A stretch of 64,000 nt of DNA from Proteromonas lacertae. Its lineage: Eukaryota. The notes under the pieces are model-generated. The model saw only the letters and a list, made by a program, of their open reading frames with translations, made no database searches and was not told the DNA's origin. The stretch's first letter is position 1. Each line of letters starts with the position of its first letter. The translations under genes and the position numbers were made by a program. Shown one piece after another: positions 1 to 15,007 of the stretch. Location of the stretch: the NCBI GenBank assembly GCA_002245135.1, contig NGBS01001163.1, positions 248,001-312,000 on the forward strand. The letters run 5' to 3'.

Positions 1-1054
1 ACTATTAGGAAGACAAGAATGGTTGATAAATATTGCACCTGGATAATAAGCAATACCAAAATGAATAAATGATATAGATGATAAATATTTGAAATTGTAC
101 TTTACGACTAATATGAGTTTCTTAATTGTTACTTTATCTACTCTCATTTCTATTTTATATATAAGTGAATAATTTATATACTTATAGGTATTACTTGTAG
201 TAAAACATTAGCTAAGTAATTCAATGCGTTTGCTATTGTTTCATTACCTATTAATTCGTCATAGTGACTTTCTCCTTCCATTATATTCTTAAATCGAAAA
301 TTTGATACTATTTCGTCTATTTAATTTATAAATAATAAGTATTGTTATAATACCTGGATTAATAATATGTTCCTCTTTATATTTATAACACAGTATTGCT
401 ATCACTAGTTTCAATATTGCTGAATCATAAGAAAAAGAATTATTTGTTAATCCTCTATTAGAAAAATAAAATAAAAAATATATATACTGTGGTCCATATT
501 TTGAGTTTATATTAAATAACAAGTCAACTCCTGGGTAGTTTATTTTATCCAAGACTAAGTGGTCAATATCCTCAATATTATCACAGATTATGTTGTGAAA
601 TTTCTCATTTTCACTTTTACATTTAGAACTGCAATAAATTATTTGGTGACAATTATCACATTCTATTTCCTGTGAGTCGTCGTCAATATTTTCAAAACAA
701 GTAGGACATCTATCGTCATTTCCTTTTTCTAAAGCAGTACCATAGCTTTCAGATGACATGATAAATGAACCCTTATTGATATTACGTGTAGCAACTAAAC
801 ACCTACCAATTCCTGATATAATCACTACTCTAACTGGAAGATCCTTACTATTAATCCACTCAATCAAATTTGTCTTAATTCTACTTTCTTCCTTTTCTTT
901 ATACTGGTTACACATCTTTTTATGTTTATTCCAATCGTTCTTCTGACAATCACTATGAATATATTCATATTCTATACCTATTACAGTAGTGCACAAATTT
1001 GCATTTGCCACAGGTTGATTTAGCACCACTTTTACCGCAATTCTGACAAAACAT
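1..1054 (-). CDS. SMYD-like SET-domain lysine methyltransferase with an extra N-terminal MYND finger (3' end runs off the window)
   Basis: Removing a 25-nt intron (953-977) gives MFCQNCGKSGAKSTCGKCKFVHYCNSDCQKNDWNKHKKMC (MYND). This is followed by SET-N GRCLVATRNINKG, a second MYND (CPTC..CDNC..YCSSKC..H..IC) and the SET motif FINHSCLPN at 1-30. Confidence 0.85.
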
Positions 1055-1168
1055 CGATTAGAAAAAGAATTAGAAAAGTTGTGGTAATTTACCAAACATG
1101 CTTGACACAAATTTACATAAATCAGTAAAAATTAAAAGAAATGAAATAATTAAAGAATAATAATTAAA

Positions 1169-4100
1169 TTAAAGCGAATCTTGACTATCAGTATCTTCTA
1201 AATCAACATCATCAAAATTATACTCAACATTGTTTCTTTTAAGCAATTCTGCTGTAGAAGGAAGAAATCTCAATACAGGATATTTATCAGGTGTTAATAA
1301 ACTAAATCTATTAATTGATAATGATCTATTTCCCATTGGAGTAACAGGATTACTTGATGAATCTGAATCTACTGGAGGTGATTGATGTGGAAGATTATCA
1401 TAATTCAATAACACTTGAGATGGAGTTTTTCTGGCAGATACATCTAATCGATTAACAAACCTCCCCGCAGGCATAGGGTCTGGTGATTTTATATTCAAAG
1501 ATGAGTTTCTATAATTCATTACTCTAAGACTTCTTCGATTTATAAATACTACATCACTTTGTCTATGTGGACTTCTAGTTTAAATAATAATATGAATTTA
1601 TATACTCATTATCATTAACAGCAGCTTCTCTTCTTTGAGGAATATTACTTCCATTCATAAATGCATTATATTGTCTTATTAAATTTTGATTATTATTTTG
1701 ATTATTTTCTACCATTTCTATTGAATGTTTAGATTCTTCCATCGATTCTGCTTTTTCTTTTCTTATTGCTAATAACTTTGGTCCTAACTGTGTTATTATG
1801 ATTGCTAAACAACCTAAAAGAATGCTAATTCCTCTTAATGTTAAAGTTGCATCAGGTTGATCAGTTAGTAGAAAATCCATTGGAATAACAATGAAAGAAA
1901 TAAAAACTATTTAAATATATTAATATATATATATATACATATAATTCCTATTGTTAAACCTAAACTTTTTGATTCATTAAATTCTGGTTGAATGTTTCTA
2001 GAAGCCCAAGATATTACCAATCCCCACAATAAGAAACAGAATAAAAATATAATATCAACAATTGCAAATCCAAAACTAGTTGAACATTGATAATAGAAAT
2101 TATTCTCAAAGATATTGGGAGTTTCTATTTTAAGTATTTCAACCTTTGGAGGATCAATTATTTCCCATAATATTAAATATAACATTTGAATACCAACAAT
2201 GAAAAGGATCAATACACCTAAATCACGATTGGTGATAATTATCTTCTTTAAAGCTCTATTATGAAATAGTTTCTGAATTCTCCATGCTTTTGTGAACAAA
2301 ATGGCTAATAATAAACAGATACCAACTGTAGCAAACCAAATTCTACAACTGCAAATTACTTTATTCTTTGGTTGAATCATTAAGAATATTACACTTAATA
2401 ATGGTATATACATAGATACGAAATATATTCTCAAAAATACAAATGATGAGAATTGAATAATATAGAAATTTCTATAGTAATAAATAAATACAATTGCAAC
2501 TGTATTTACCAGAATGACTATTACAAATAAAATACTTAACACAGCAATAACACCACTACTGAAAGCTTATTGCTACATCTTTTGGACCATAATTCAAATC
2601 TGATAATTTTGTAATTGATGTATTTTGTAATACACTGATTGGAGGAGCAATATGTTGGAAATTATTATCTCTTATCTGTAATATATATGATTTTCTATAT
2701 GCAAATAGATTTTTATCAACTTTTATTGTTTCTCCTGGTGTAGAATAAGATACTCTCAATAATGAAGCTCTTAATAAATCCTCAGATAGAAAATGATAAT
2801 TTCCTTGATATTCAATACCATAATTATATGCTAATATAAACAACTTCAAACCAATATAATCATTCTCCATATATTGTGTAACAACAGTATCAGCCACTAT
2901 ATTTGATACAAATGATTTTAAACCATTGTAATAGAAATTATTTGAATCAGGAATTGATGATGATGATATAATATAATGACCTACAAATCCCTTCTTCTCT
3001 TCATCTGCAAATAAATCAGGAGTGTAATAGAACAACAGATTAATAAATGGAATTTTCAAACTATTTATATATTTACTTGCATATTTCAAAAACCTACCAT
3101 ATAAATAATTGAATATTAGAACATGTTCATACTTATTCAAACAATTTCGTAATATTTGTCACAACAGTATCATTATCTAAACTTACAAATATTGTATCAA
3201 TAACAGTAAAATTATTCTTTATCACATCTGCAGTTTCTTTTTCCAAATTATAACCAATCTTATTATCTGGATAAAGAATCAATGCATTTATCACTTTTAA
3301 AGAAGAGAAATAATCAACACCAATCTTTGTTGATGGAACAGGAAGTGAACTTAACTTTATTGTATTGCCATCATCAATTGTATCATCATTGATTCCTCCA
3401 TAAAAGAACATCTTACCATTTAATTTTGCTAAAGAAATAACAACACTTGCACACTCATTACTAAAACATCCAAATATTGCTCTTACATATTTATTCTTAA
3501 AACCATTTTCTATATCTTCATTTCTTATTTTCTCTGTAAATGTAATCATATATGGAACTAATAGATTATCACCTAATACTGGTTCATATTTATTCTGTGA
3601 ATCTATTAATTTAACCAATACAATAGTATATATTCTAGACATGTACAACATAGTATCAGTTGCTTCTCTTATTATAGTTATCATAATGTATTTTGTTTGT
3701 ATTCTATTCCCTTGATTATTACCTACCCAACTACATATAACACCAAAATTATCAGGATAAGCATAGGAAAATGGATTTGGATCAATCATTTGTTTTGTAT
3801 AGTATAATGTCTTTAAACTACCTCTATCAATATACATTATATATACTTGTGAAGAAACATAATTATTGTCATAAGATACAGCTTCACCTATTGCCATATA
3901 AGATACATCATGTAATAATGAAAATATATCTTCAGCTGCTAATGATGAATGTTTTCTTAATGTCACTGTTATAAGTTCAACAGCCATTGATGCACTGTTT
4001 ATTAGTGTACTTTTTGTATTGACAAATGGAAGTGAATATCTAAAGAATCTTTCTAATACTTCGATATTCTCTCTTATTTCCATTACTATACTAGATGTAT

Positions 4101-7100
4101 CGTATGGATAAGTTGTCATAAAATAAACATTACTTAAATCTTCATACAATTTGAAATCTAATATTAATTCTAACTCTGGGAAAAGATCATAATAATAAAA
4201 CAATGATGTTGGTGTTAGTACATTTTGTTTGTAAAAGAAATGAATAAACTCAACTGTATAATCATTAATAAGGTTTATTACTGTACAATCAAAGTTAGAA
4301 CAGATCAATCTAATTGTTAGCCAAGCTTCTGACAATGATTTTATTGCTGATGCTTTTGATGTACTATCAATTAGAAAATCTCTTAAATAATTGAATCTAA
4401 ATTTATTACTTATCACAGCAATCTCGTTTCTTATAGTTTCAGATAGATATGTCTGATCATACAACACTATAATACTGCTCTTATAATACATTCCTTGATT
4501 GACTAATACTTCTTCATATGTCTGTATTAATGGACCAGTTGTTATTACATTCTTATAACAATTATTACCTTCACTATAACCTGGATAGAATAATAGGATA
4601 TCTGTTTTGTTTATAGCTTTGTATATATCTTCTCTTTCGTATGGTAATAACCCTCCAATGATTATTGAAACATTTTTATACACATCCAAAAATGATTTTA
4701 TATTTGAATACAATTCATTCTCATTTTTACCACTACCTATTCTATAAAACTGAAAGAAGGGAGTGTCGATTTTATCAATATAAACATTATAATTTCTTAA
4801 TAAAGTTAATGATTCATACAACACTCTATTCTTATACTGATTAATACCATATTCAAATTGAACAACACCTATTGGATATAATGGAGATTCTAATTCATCT
4901 CCATTCTGAGGGAAATGTTTCCAATTACAGAAATGATTTCCAAAATTATATTTTCCTCCATCCATAAATACATTTGGAATTGCGTCGACATATTTTTCAA
5001 TTATTGAAAATGCATAATTCCTGTTAATTTTCAAGAAATTGATTGTTTTTATCAAATGATTATTCACATCAATTGTTACATTACCATCTGGTCCAGTATA
5101 ATGTAAACCATATAAAGCAGAACTAAATTCATTTATACCATAACCTTTAATGTTATTTAATGCCTTTCCTATCAACATTAAACCAGTATAAGTAACAGTT
5201 GCTAGATTTGTAACATAGGATTGTTCAGTAACAATTCTATTGTATTTAGCAACAAAATCATCATATTCTTTACTCTTAATTGCCATACTACCAACTAAAT
5301 AGATATTTGTCACATTATAAAGATATAACAAACGATATTGTGGTGTTGTAGTTATTAGACTATATCTAAAATTTGGATTATAATCTTGGTATGATTGTAG
5401 TTTAGCAGACATATTACCTAGATCATCATTAAAATAATCAGTTATAATAAAGAAAGGATTTTCATAATTATCAATAAACCACTGAACTTGTTCATCTATT
5501 TGATTTACATCTACTGGATCAATCGATTTAACATCCATTCCTCTATCTTTCAAGAATGTGTAAAGCAATTTATAATGCATATTATATTCTCTTACTATAA
5601 AGTAAAAAGTGTAATCATAATAATATAAATTCCATCTTGCAGCTAAAAACCAAGAGTAATGACTTGGTGAATAATTAATGTAAAAAACATTCTTCTTACA
5701 TTCTTCACCATTATCTGGATTAAGATAGAACAATAATCTATCAGCAGTTTCTATATATGGAATTATTTTCTCTCTGCATTTATCATCTCCACTTAACATG
5801 TAAAATATAATATCTTTATTTTCATAATATTGTTTAATCATAGTTGTACATGCCCCTTCATCATCTTTATCTATGTTTGCTATTAATATACTTAAAACAA
5901 AATCAAAGTCATCTATTCAAAATATATAATAATAATTATTATTATATACAATTATTATTAATCTCTGCTACAGCCATTGCTACAGTTTCTTGTAATCCAA
6001 AATCTAAAAAACCTCTTGATCCATGAATCAGTAACAAATATTTAGCTGCAAGAAAATAATGATCACCAACAGTTGCCAAAATCACAAATATAAGTCTTTT
6101 TATCATTGTAATAGAAGTTGTATGGCTCTGGATATATTAATGAACCAATGTTACTAATTGGTAATAGAACATTATTCTTTGAATATTGTCGAACAAAGAA
6201 ATAATTTGGAATATAATTACTTTTCTGTACAGAATAAGTCATAATTTCTGTCCTGTACAAGAAATAGAGAAAGTCATCAACACTATGCATGTTGTTTCTA
6301 TAATACTCATATGAAGAAATAATCAATGTTTTCATTGCTAAATAACTGAACAGACCATATGCAGATCCATGATCAAGTGTTGAATATCGATAAGCTGCAG
6401 CTTCATATTCTTCAAATTGTTTAAAACAATCACAAAATGGAGTTAAGAAGTATAAACCATCTAAATCAATATCTGATTCATAAAATACATCAACCATTAA
6501 AGTAATAATAGGATTTCTTTCTTTGAAATCAAATTTTATTAATCTTATAAGTGACATAAATGTATGCGTGTCTGAACTATCGCATAAAAGTATAATTGGA
6601 TTATTCTTTGGTATTTTTCTCATATACTTTCTTAATTCTGCTGGTTTTGCTATTAATTCTGTGATATTTATTTTAAACATCTCAGACATTGTATCTATAA
6701 GAATATCTTTGTATATGTTAAATGGATAATTTGGATTATAAAAAATAAACATAGATGTATAGCCATTATTACCAAGCCAATTGTTCAATCCATTAAATAT
6801 CTGATTTGGAGTTGTGCCAAAAGTAATTATACTCCTATTACACTCTTCAGCTGGAGTATTACCTATTGAGAAGAATATTTGCCTGTTATTAGGTTTGAAA
6901 TGATTTTTAGACTTCACATATTCACCACCAATGATAAATGTGATATTTTTATTATTTCTTATCTCTTCTTCTACTTCACTCCAAGGTCTAGTAGTAGATT
7001 CTGTATCATAGATGTGATATATTATTCTCTTTGCATTTTGTGCATTGTTTATTTCATAATTGAAATCTGTAATAGTTCCAATAATAATATAAAGAGGATC

Positions 7101-10100
7101 ATAATTGTACTTTGCCTTTTTGCCAGAGATTGGAAAGACAATAGCCATTTCATTGGGAGAATCATAATATTTTGCTCCTCTATCTGAATCACTAAAATCA
7201 GCAACATAATAATCATATGGAGTATAAGGATACATATACAATGGATAATTTGTTGAATATAACAGTTTAACTACATTTTCACCAACACTACTATCATATT
7301 CAAGAGTTGTAATATAGAAATAATTTGTCAACTGATGATTCTTCTGCATTTTTAATACACCTTGTGGACAATCTACTTCCATATCTAATAGTATTTTCTT
7401 CCAAATATTTATATCTGTAGATTTTGTTTGATTAAATATCATTGTCATAAAAGAAAGAGAATTTAAACCACTTACAATAAACCCATCATAATAACCTGGA
7501 TGATAGTTCAAATAATCCTTTACATAACTAAATAAAGAACCTTCTCTAACTTCTTTTTTACCATAATAATACGAATCAGATTGATATATACGAATGCCAG
7601 TTATATTCTTTGTAGATAAAGACTGGTAAAATATATCAGAAACTACATAAATCATAACATTATGAATTCCCAATTCATTTGCAGCATCTACTATCTTATT
7701 GGTAGATGGAGCAATTACTAAATTCATTAAATTGATTGTTCCAACAAAATAGCCAGAAATATGACCTAATAATGCAGTAACATTACTCTTAAATACATCA
7801 AATGCAAACATACCAATAACATTAAAACCAAATTTGACTAACTCCTGTTGGTAATATTTGGCTCTATTGATAGATATATATGAATTTTGATATAAAATAG
7901 CTATTGGATTGAATCTCACAAGCTTGTCAATAAATGGAACATTTGGAATAATCTATAATAATAATATTAACATAATAATAATAATACAGTCGATAAACTA
8001 GCAGTTCCAAAGTAGAACAAATCTTCATGTGCAAAATTAGCCAATTGTCTTCCAAATGCAAATACTAAATACTTGTTATTGTAATGAAAATCTTCTAATC
8101 TCAATTTACATTCATGACTATTATATAATATAAAATAAGAACAATAAATAAAATACCAATCTCCAAATAATACAATAGTTACATTATTCTCTTCAATAAA
8201 CTTGTTCAATTCTTCAGGATCTTTTGTATTACAAAACTCATAGACTTTCAGTGTAAATCCAAACTCTCCATTCTCATAATAATCATTTAATCTTTTCAAT
8301 GCAAGTGATAATACAGGATATGGATCATGATAAGAATAAACAATATCATCCAAACATCGAAGATAAAGTATATTTATCATTTTCTGTCTAGCATTACAAG
8401 TTATTTCAGGGAAGAACAATTGTAATTGTGAACTAAATGGTCCTTTCATATCAAATAACACTTCATGTTCAAAATTATTGTTTGGCTTTATTAATAAAAA
8501 TCCATAACTCATGTGATTATCAGTACCAATTGTAGAAATGCCATGAGGAGTATCGAATTGATAATCACTTATATGCTTCCTTATTATTTCTGGATCAGTT
8601 GTACCTAATTTTTTAAATAATTGACAGAATATCATAAATGCTGTATTAGTCATTTCTATAAGTTCATGAGGAGTATCTCTACTAAAATGAGAAGATAGAA
8701 AATCCATAAAAGCTTTCGTCTGTGGATATTGTAGTTGATAAGAGAAATGAGTTGTAGCATAATAGTTTAAATTTGCTACATTCAAATCACTGAAAACATC
8801 AGCATATATAAAAACAAAATTAATTGATTTTTCAAAATAGTATGGGACATTTTCAAGATATTTTTTAAATTTTCTCACTATGTCTGGTTTAATAGTACAT
8901 ATAATTAATCCTGTTCCTTTCAAATGAGATGATATAAACTCTATCAATTCATTGTATACAATTTGATCATCTTTATCGAATGATAAATACTTGCTTCCTT
9001 TAAACACAAAGTGAGATATATCTTCCAACCTTGTTACTATTTTTCCAGTAAATTCACCATATGGATCTCCTTGCTGGGCTACATATATATAATTGACAGT
9101 CTTTATAAATCTGAAATAGTATATAATAGGTAATAATTGATGAGCAAAAGATGGAGATAATACAAAACTATTACATTATATTATATATCATTATTCTATA
9201 CATTTGATTATCACATCTATAATCAGAATCATATGAAGTTAACCATAATTGCATATTATATTTCTTAAGAGATTCACTAGCTTCTATATTAAGTGATTTG
9301 CTACAAAAAATATGAGAAATATTTTTGGTTTCTAATATCCCCAATGCTTTTTCAAATGATTGTTTATCAGTAAAATCAATGGCATATGGTCTCTATAATA
9401 GTAAATAACAATAATAAATATACAATGAATGTGTTATTCAAATTGCCATAAGCATTCATATGATTAATTATCATGAAACTATATAAATATGGATTAATCT
9501 CACTTTCATCAGGTTTTACTATTCCAATACTTATTGTATTTCTTTTGCTGAGTATTTGAAGAGCAGTCACATTACAATGCCAAGGGTAAAAACAGAATTA
9601 AAGAAAATAACATGTAAATATTCATTTTAAAAAAAAGATATCTGAAATGGAAATCCATCTTGAACATAAGTTGTTTTTCCACCTAAAACATCTTCAAAGA
9701 GACCAGTCTTTTCTGAATATTCATGTAAATATAGTGTTTTAGATAAATAATTATTGAATTCTATAATTTGATTGCCTTCAGGAAGATTAAATCTTTGAGT
9801 ATATATAAAAACCGGGAAATATAATCGTTTATTGTATTTATATGGAGCTATTTATAGGTGTAATATTAAAAATATATACTATTCTCAATTTCAGGGTAAA
9901 CAATAAACAATTCATACAGATTAACAAAATTTACCAATTCTCTGTAAGAAAACTTGTGTATATTTACACCAGATAATTTACAGAACAACAGAAAATCTCT
10001 ATTCGCTTTTGTATCAACGAATGGTAAATAAGGCCCAATAAAAACTGTGCTTTTAAAGAATTCTCTATCATTTTTTGCTTCATTTATCACATTAGCTAGT

Positions 10101-13100
10101 AAAGTTGTTGAATGATATTTTGGTAACACTAATCCACGATTATTCATCTCTTTCACCAGTAATATATAATCTTCTTTTTCCATATATGTATAAATAAAAC
10201 CTCCATCTGGTAACTTTTCTATTATGTATTTTATTAGATTTGTCATATCATTTTTATCATTATAAGTAAAATACAAATTCTCTGATTGATACACATCTTC
10301 TTCTATTACTTTTGAGATATTAATACCTACATTCCATTCTCTAAAATGAAAAGTATAAACAATATAAATATATATTAATATGATACGGATAATCTGGATT
10401 TAAAACAGTGACTATTTTCCCATATCTTTTTCTCAAAATACTATAACCATCTTGAAAATACAATGATGGTGTTTCTCCAAGCTATTATAAAAAAAAAGAA
10501 TATAAATGTGAAAATATACATCAATAATATTCTCATTACATCTTCCTCCTTTTGTTAATGCCGTTGAAAAGACAGGTATCTTATTCTCTTTCATATAATC
10601 CATGAAAATATCTTCATCAACACTATTTTAGAAATATAATATCATATAAAATGATACTCTGGTGTGACAATCATAAATACAATTTCATTATCTCTATCTA
10701 TTTGCTTTAACTCCTCTGTAACTTTTATTTTATCATATGGCAGGTTGAATTGCAGCTACACTCCAATAAAACGCTGTTAAATTTGATTCTTGAACATGGT
10801 ATATATTATAATAACTAACAAGCACTAACAACATATCATAATAGAAACTGAACTTTGGATAATCTGCAAATAACACTATTGTTTGATAACTAACAGTTAT
10901 ATCATAATTACAATAATAATCACTATATCCTGATAATTGATTGAACTTTGTAATTAATCCATTGGATGATATAACTTCTTTAAATTCAGTTGGTGAAGTA
11001 TAATAAATCAAATGTGTTAAAATGCTAAAATAATGATTAGATGTAAACATAAATGGACCAATATGACTAAATAAATGAGTTGTCATCATTGCTTCTTACT
11101 AAATACGTAATTCTATCAGGTAATACCAGATAAACTTAACGCTTTAAAAATATAAAACACTGAAAAGAAACTAATCATATAATTCTCCGAATAAAGTGTG
11201 TTTTTATCAAAGAAATTGAGATATTGTATATCAAAACTATCAAGATCAGATATATCATAGGGACTTTCATTAGAATAATTGAAATTAACACCATAGAAAT
11301 AATGTCCAGTATAATCTAATTCATTTGAAGTATACTGTGACAATGATGTAACAAACACATGATATTTGACTATTCCATTAGTATTATATTTATTTGTTAA
11401 TTCTATTAGGAAGTTCTTAGTTAATATTGAATCAAATGTACAGATTATAATATCATGAGCATCCATTTTATCAACTATCTGTTTCGTTATTTCTTCTACT
11501 GTAACTGCAGATTCATTATATTTATCAATTCTATAAGACTCTTCTTTAATTGTCTTATAAAATGATAAAAACTTATTCGATTCAGTTGTACTAAAATCAC
11601 TATAATCAGCAACAATATATGGATTATTAAACAAATGATCAAACCTTGATTTGTGCAATAAAGAATTAACATCCATATGCATATAACCAACATTCTGATA
11701 AAATGTATCATTATTTGATGGAGATAATGATAAAAAGAATATCTCATGATTTTGAAAATATCGAAATAGAAACGAATAATCTTTATAATATGAATTGAAT
11801 ATAACAACATGATATTTTATTGATTCATATAATTCTTCCAAGTATTGAACAAGCGCAGTTTGATTGTCTTTAAAATCATCAAATTGCACTAGGATATATT
11901 TGAATAGGTGACATATGAATTCCTCCATTATTATTAATACATTTAATTGCATCTATTGTTCCTTCCATACTTAATACAACCTCATGATAAAACAACATTA
12001 CCACTGGTACAAAATCATATTTTACTAAATGACCAGGTGATGAACAATGAGCCATTTGTGAGATTGTCTCTATAATATATGTTGTAGGGCCAAATACCGC
12101 TTGGAAAATGTTGATATTTCTCTAATTTATAATTCTCATTATTTTCTTCTCTTACTACTACATGATAAGTTGTTACATTATGTGATAATAAAGTGGAATA
12201 TATTGGAGCTGGTGGATCATATAATCTACGAAGAACTTGAAATTGATATTGATAAATCAATGAGTTTTTATACATCATATTGAGATGAAACATCTTTATG
12301 ATCATTGTAAACATGGATTGATATAGATAATCATAAATATACTTTTCACCAATATAAGTTGCAATCAATTCAGTAACATTATCAGGTAATTCATCATCCA
12401 TATCTATTGAAGGTTCAATACAAAATACATTTGTATTATTGTATTTGTATAAATAAGATGGTGAGCAATAACCTAATAGAAACATCTTTGCTTTGATATT
12501 CTCTACATTTCTAAACGCTGAAAGCTGTATAAAACTGATAATTGTTGTGTTTGAATAAACAATTTCAGATAAGTCTATAGATGAAGGTGCAGAAGGAAAA
12601 AAACATTGGAGTGTATTGATTAGTATGAAAACTGACTATTTTGTTATATTTATCATCGAATTTGTATGTTTTATCCTCTTGGTAAAGTATCAGATATTTT
12701 GATTCATAATTCATTATACCACCAACACCTACAAAATTATAAATTATCATAATATATACTTCTTATTGCTGGATCTGTAAAATTATATCCAAAAATAATG
12801 TTTCTATAACATATTCTATCATGTTTTGTGTTTATCATAAACGCAAATGCTTTTTCTCTTTCTAATAGATTATCTAAACAATCTATGTTTTCAAACTCTC
12901 CTAAAAATATATCTAATATTCTGCCACTATCAATATCACTTTTTATTTGTTCTTTAGATTCACAAAGATCATTTGAATCTAGATACTGTTTTGACACATT
13001 CAATGTTACATTTGGATGTGACGGAAGGACTATTTCATCAGGAAAAAGATCAATATTTGCTTTGTCTTCTGATATTTGTATAAATATTGCTACATTTGAT

Positions 13101-13159
13101 GCCTGTACAAAATTATCAGTAAATATCATGAAAACTAACAGATATATCACATTAAACAT
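1169..13159 (-). CDS. Giant class C (GABA-B-like) GPCR with about nine tandem type-1 periplasmic-binding (AmiC/UrtA-like) domains; multi-exon, with several frameshifts
   Basis: Signal peptide MFNVIYLLVFMIF at 13159. Repeats carry motifs such as IIGGLLPYERE..LLFYPGYSEGNNCYKNVITTG, IFGCFSNEC, TFGTTPNQ and FDTPHG/CPQG/TGPDG..I...NH. The 7TM region has CRIWF, FTKAWRI..LFHN, FNESKSLG and TM7 GPKLLAI (1575-2542). The Ser/Pro-rich tail ends at 1169. ORFs are joined by short GT-AG introns. Confidence 0.75.
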
Positions 13160-13327
13160 TTTATTTATAAAAGTCAGTATGAATTAAAAATTAAAAAGCC
13201 AATGAAAAATATACGAAAAATACCCCAAGAATTTTAAAATGTCTTTACTATAACGAATAAGAGATAAAATGCTGTTATAACCGTTTTATAAATAAGCCTT
13301 GTAAAAAAATAATAAAGAAGACAATAC

Positions 13328-14998
13328 ATGACGAGTAACTTTCAATTAGAGTGTTCAATTATGAAGAATATAGAAGAAGAGATAAGCAAATGTCAAGAAT
13401 TCAAATATTACGGCGAATTGTGTGACTATGTTATCTCATTCAAAACACCCATAGAGATCCTTTATGCTACATATTATTGGATAACACATAATATTAAATA
13501 TGCAAACGATGTATTTCAATCTTTTTTAACCGAAAATAAAGCAATAGCAAAAGATATATGTGAAGCAAAATATGTATTTAAAAAAAGGAAAGCTGTATGT
13601 AGTGGTTATGTAAATTTATATTTAGATATAATAAATCATTGTCCAACAAAAATAAAAAATGAATTGTCACCCATTGAAATAGTTGGAATAACGAATTCCT
13701 CATTTTCTGAAACATCAGCAAAAGAAATCTTTCATAAATGGTGTGCATTTAAAATAAACAATAAATATTACATTTCTGAACCAACATGGGGAAGTGGATA
13801 TGTAGATCCTACAACAATGAAATTTATCTCACATTATTCACTTGATCAGTTTTTACTCTCTCCAGATATAGCTATCAATAATCATTTTCCTAATAATACA
13901 GAATATCAATTCCTAGAAATGCCAATAACTAAAGAAACATTTTTATCTCAACCATTTATTAATCCTGACACTTTATCATTTAGATTGAAGTTATTAGATT
14001 GTTATAAGAATTATATTCATTTAAAAACAAATTATTTTGAAGAAAATGTTTCTTTTAATGATGAAGTTGGTGAGATAAGTTGTTTCTTATATCAAAATTC
14101 TGAATTATGTCCAATTTATTGTTATAATATAATTTACAACAAAACAAATCAAAAACATCAAAATGTAGAATGTATTATACAGTTATTTTTCCCATCAGTT
14201 GGTAGATATGAATTGTATATATATGGAAATGAAAAAGATACTAAGCCAAAACTGATAGTCAACCAACATTTTAACATTCAAAACATTGCAATTGAATCAA
14301 ATCCTATTTTAATTCAGAGTAGAATATGTCAGAATAATATAAAGAAAATAAAACCAAATCATTCGTTTATTCACTCATTAAATGGTGAAGGTGAAATACA
14401 AATAGAAATGAATAATGAATATGATTATTCACTTGATTATAGATTTGAAAATCAAAAGACTAAAGTTGTTCAAAATGAGTTAATAGGTTTTACACTATAC
14501 AACAACAGATGTTATTATATTTATTACATATGTAAAGAAGAAAAAGAAGAATATTTACTTAATATTTATTTAGATTATAAATACTACTGTTCATTTTATA
14601 TACAAAATGAAAAGAGTCATTCTGAAATTGATTTTTCTAACTGTTTAAATTATGAAATTATTTCGCATACTCCATTATTACAATCAAAATGTGAAAATTT
14701 TGAATGTTTATCATATATTCATACTGATAATATCGTTAATTTAATATATAAAATATATTATAAAGTTAATGATGACAGTGATATAAGAATAGTTACTGTG
14801 AATGAGAAGAATGAAGAATTGAATTTAGAGAGAAAAAGAGAAAACGGAAAAGACATTTTAGAATTGCACTTCAATGCATATGGTTTTTATATTATTAATA
14901 TCTACTGTAAAAAAGAGTTAGTTTTTGAGAATTTACATTTCTATGTTGTATCTGATATTATAAGTGAGAATAGTAATAAGTGTTGTTTAATTTTTTAA
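13328..14998 (+). CDS. Transglutaminase-like (KY/Cyk3/hillarin-type) protein with C-terminal CaaX
   Basis: Intronless 556-aa ORF with YYWITHNIKY, AVCSGYVNLY, HKWCAFKI..YYISEPTWGSG and FLLSP...NHFP....QFL; ends CCLIF. Confidence 0.8.
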   Translation: MTSNFQLECSIMKNIEEEISKCQEFKYYGELCDYVISFKTPIEILYATYYWITHNIKYANDVFQSFLTENKAIAKDICEAKYVFKKRKAVCSGYVNLYLDIINHCPTKIKNELSPIEIVGITNSSFSETSAKEIFHKWCAFKINNKYYISEPTWGSGYVDPTTMKFISHYSLDQFLLSPDIAINNHFPNNTEYQFLEMPITKETFLSQPFINPDTLSFRLKLLDCYKNYIHLKTNYFEENVSFNDEVGEISCFLYQNSELCPIYCYNIIYNKTNQKHQNVECIIQLFFPSVGRYELYIYGNEKDTKPKLIVNQHFNIQNIAIESNPILIQSRICQNNIKKIKPNHSFIHSLNGEGEIQIEMNNEYDYSLDYRFENQKTKVVQNELIGFTLYNNRCYYIYYICKEEKEEYLLNIYLDYKYYCSFYIQNEKSHSEIDFSNCLNYEIISHTPLLQSKCENFECLSYIHTDNIVNLIYKIYYKVNDDSDIRIVTVNEKNEELNLERKRENGKDILELHFNAYGFYIINIYCKKELVFENLHFYVVSDIISENSNKCCLIF

Positions 14999-15007
14999 TA
15001 TACCCAT

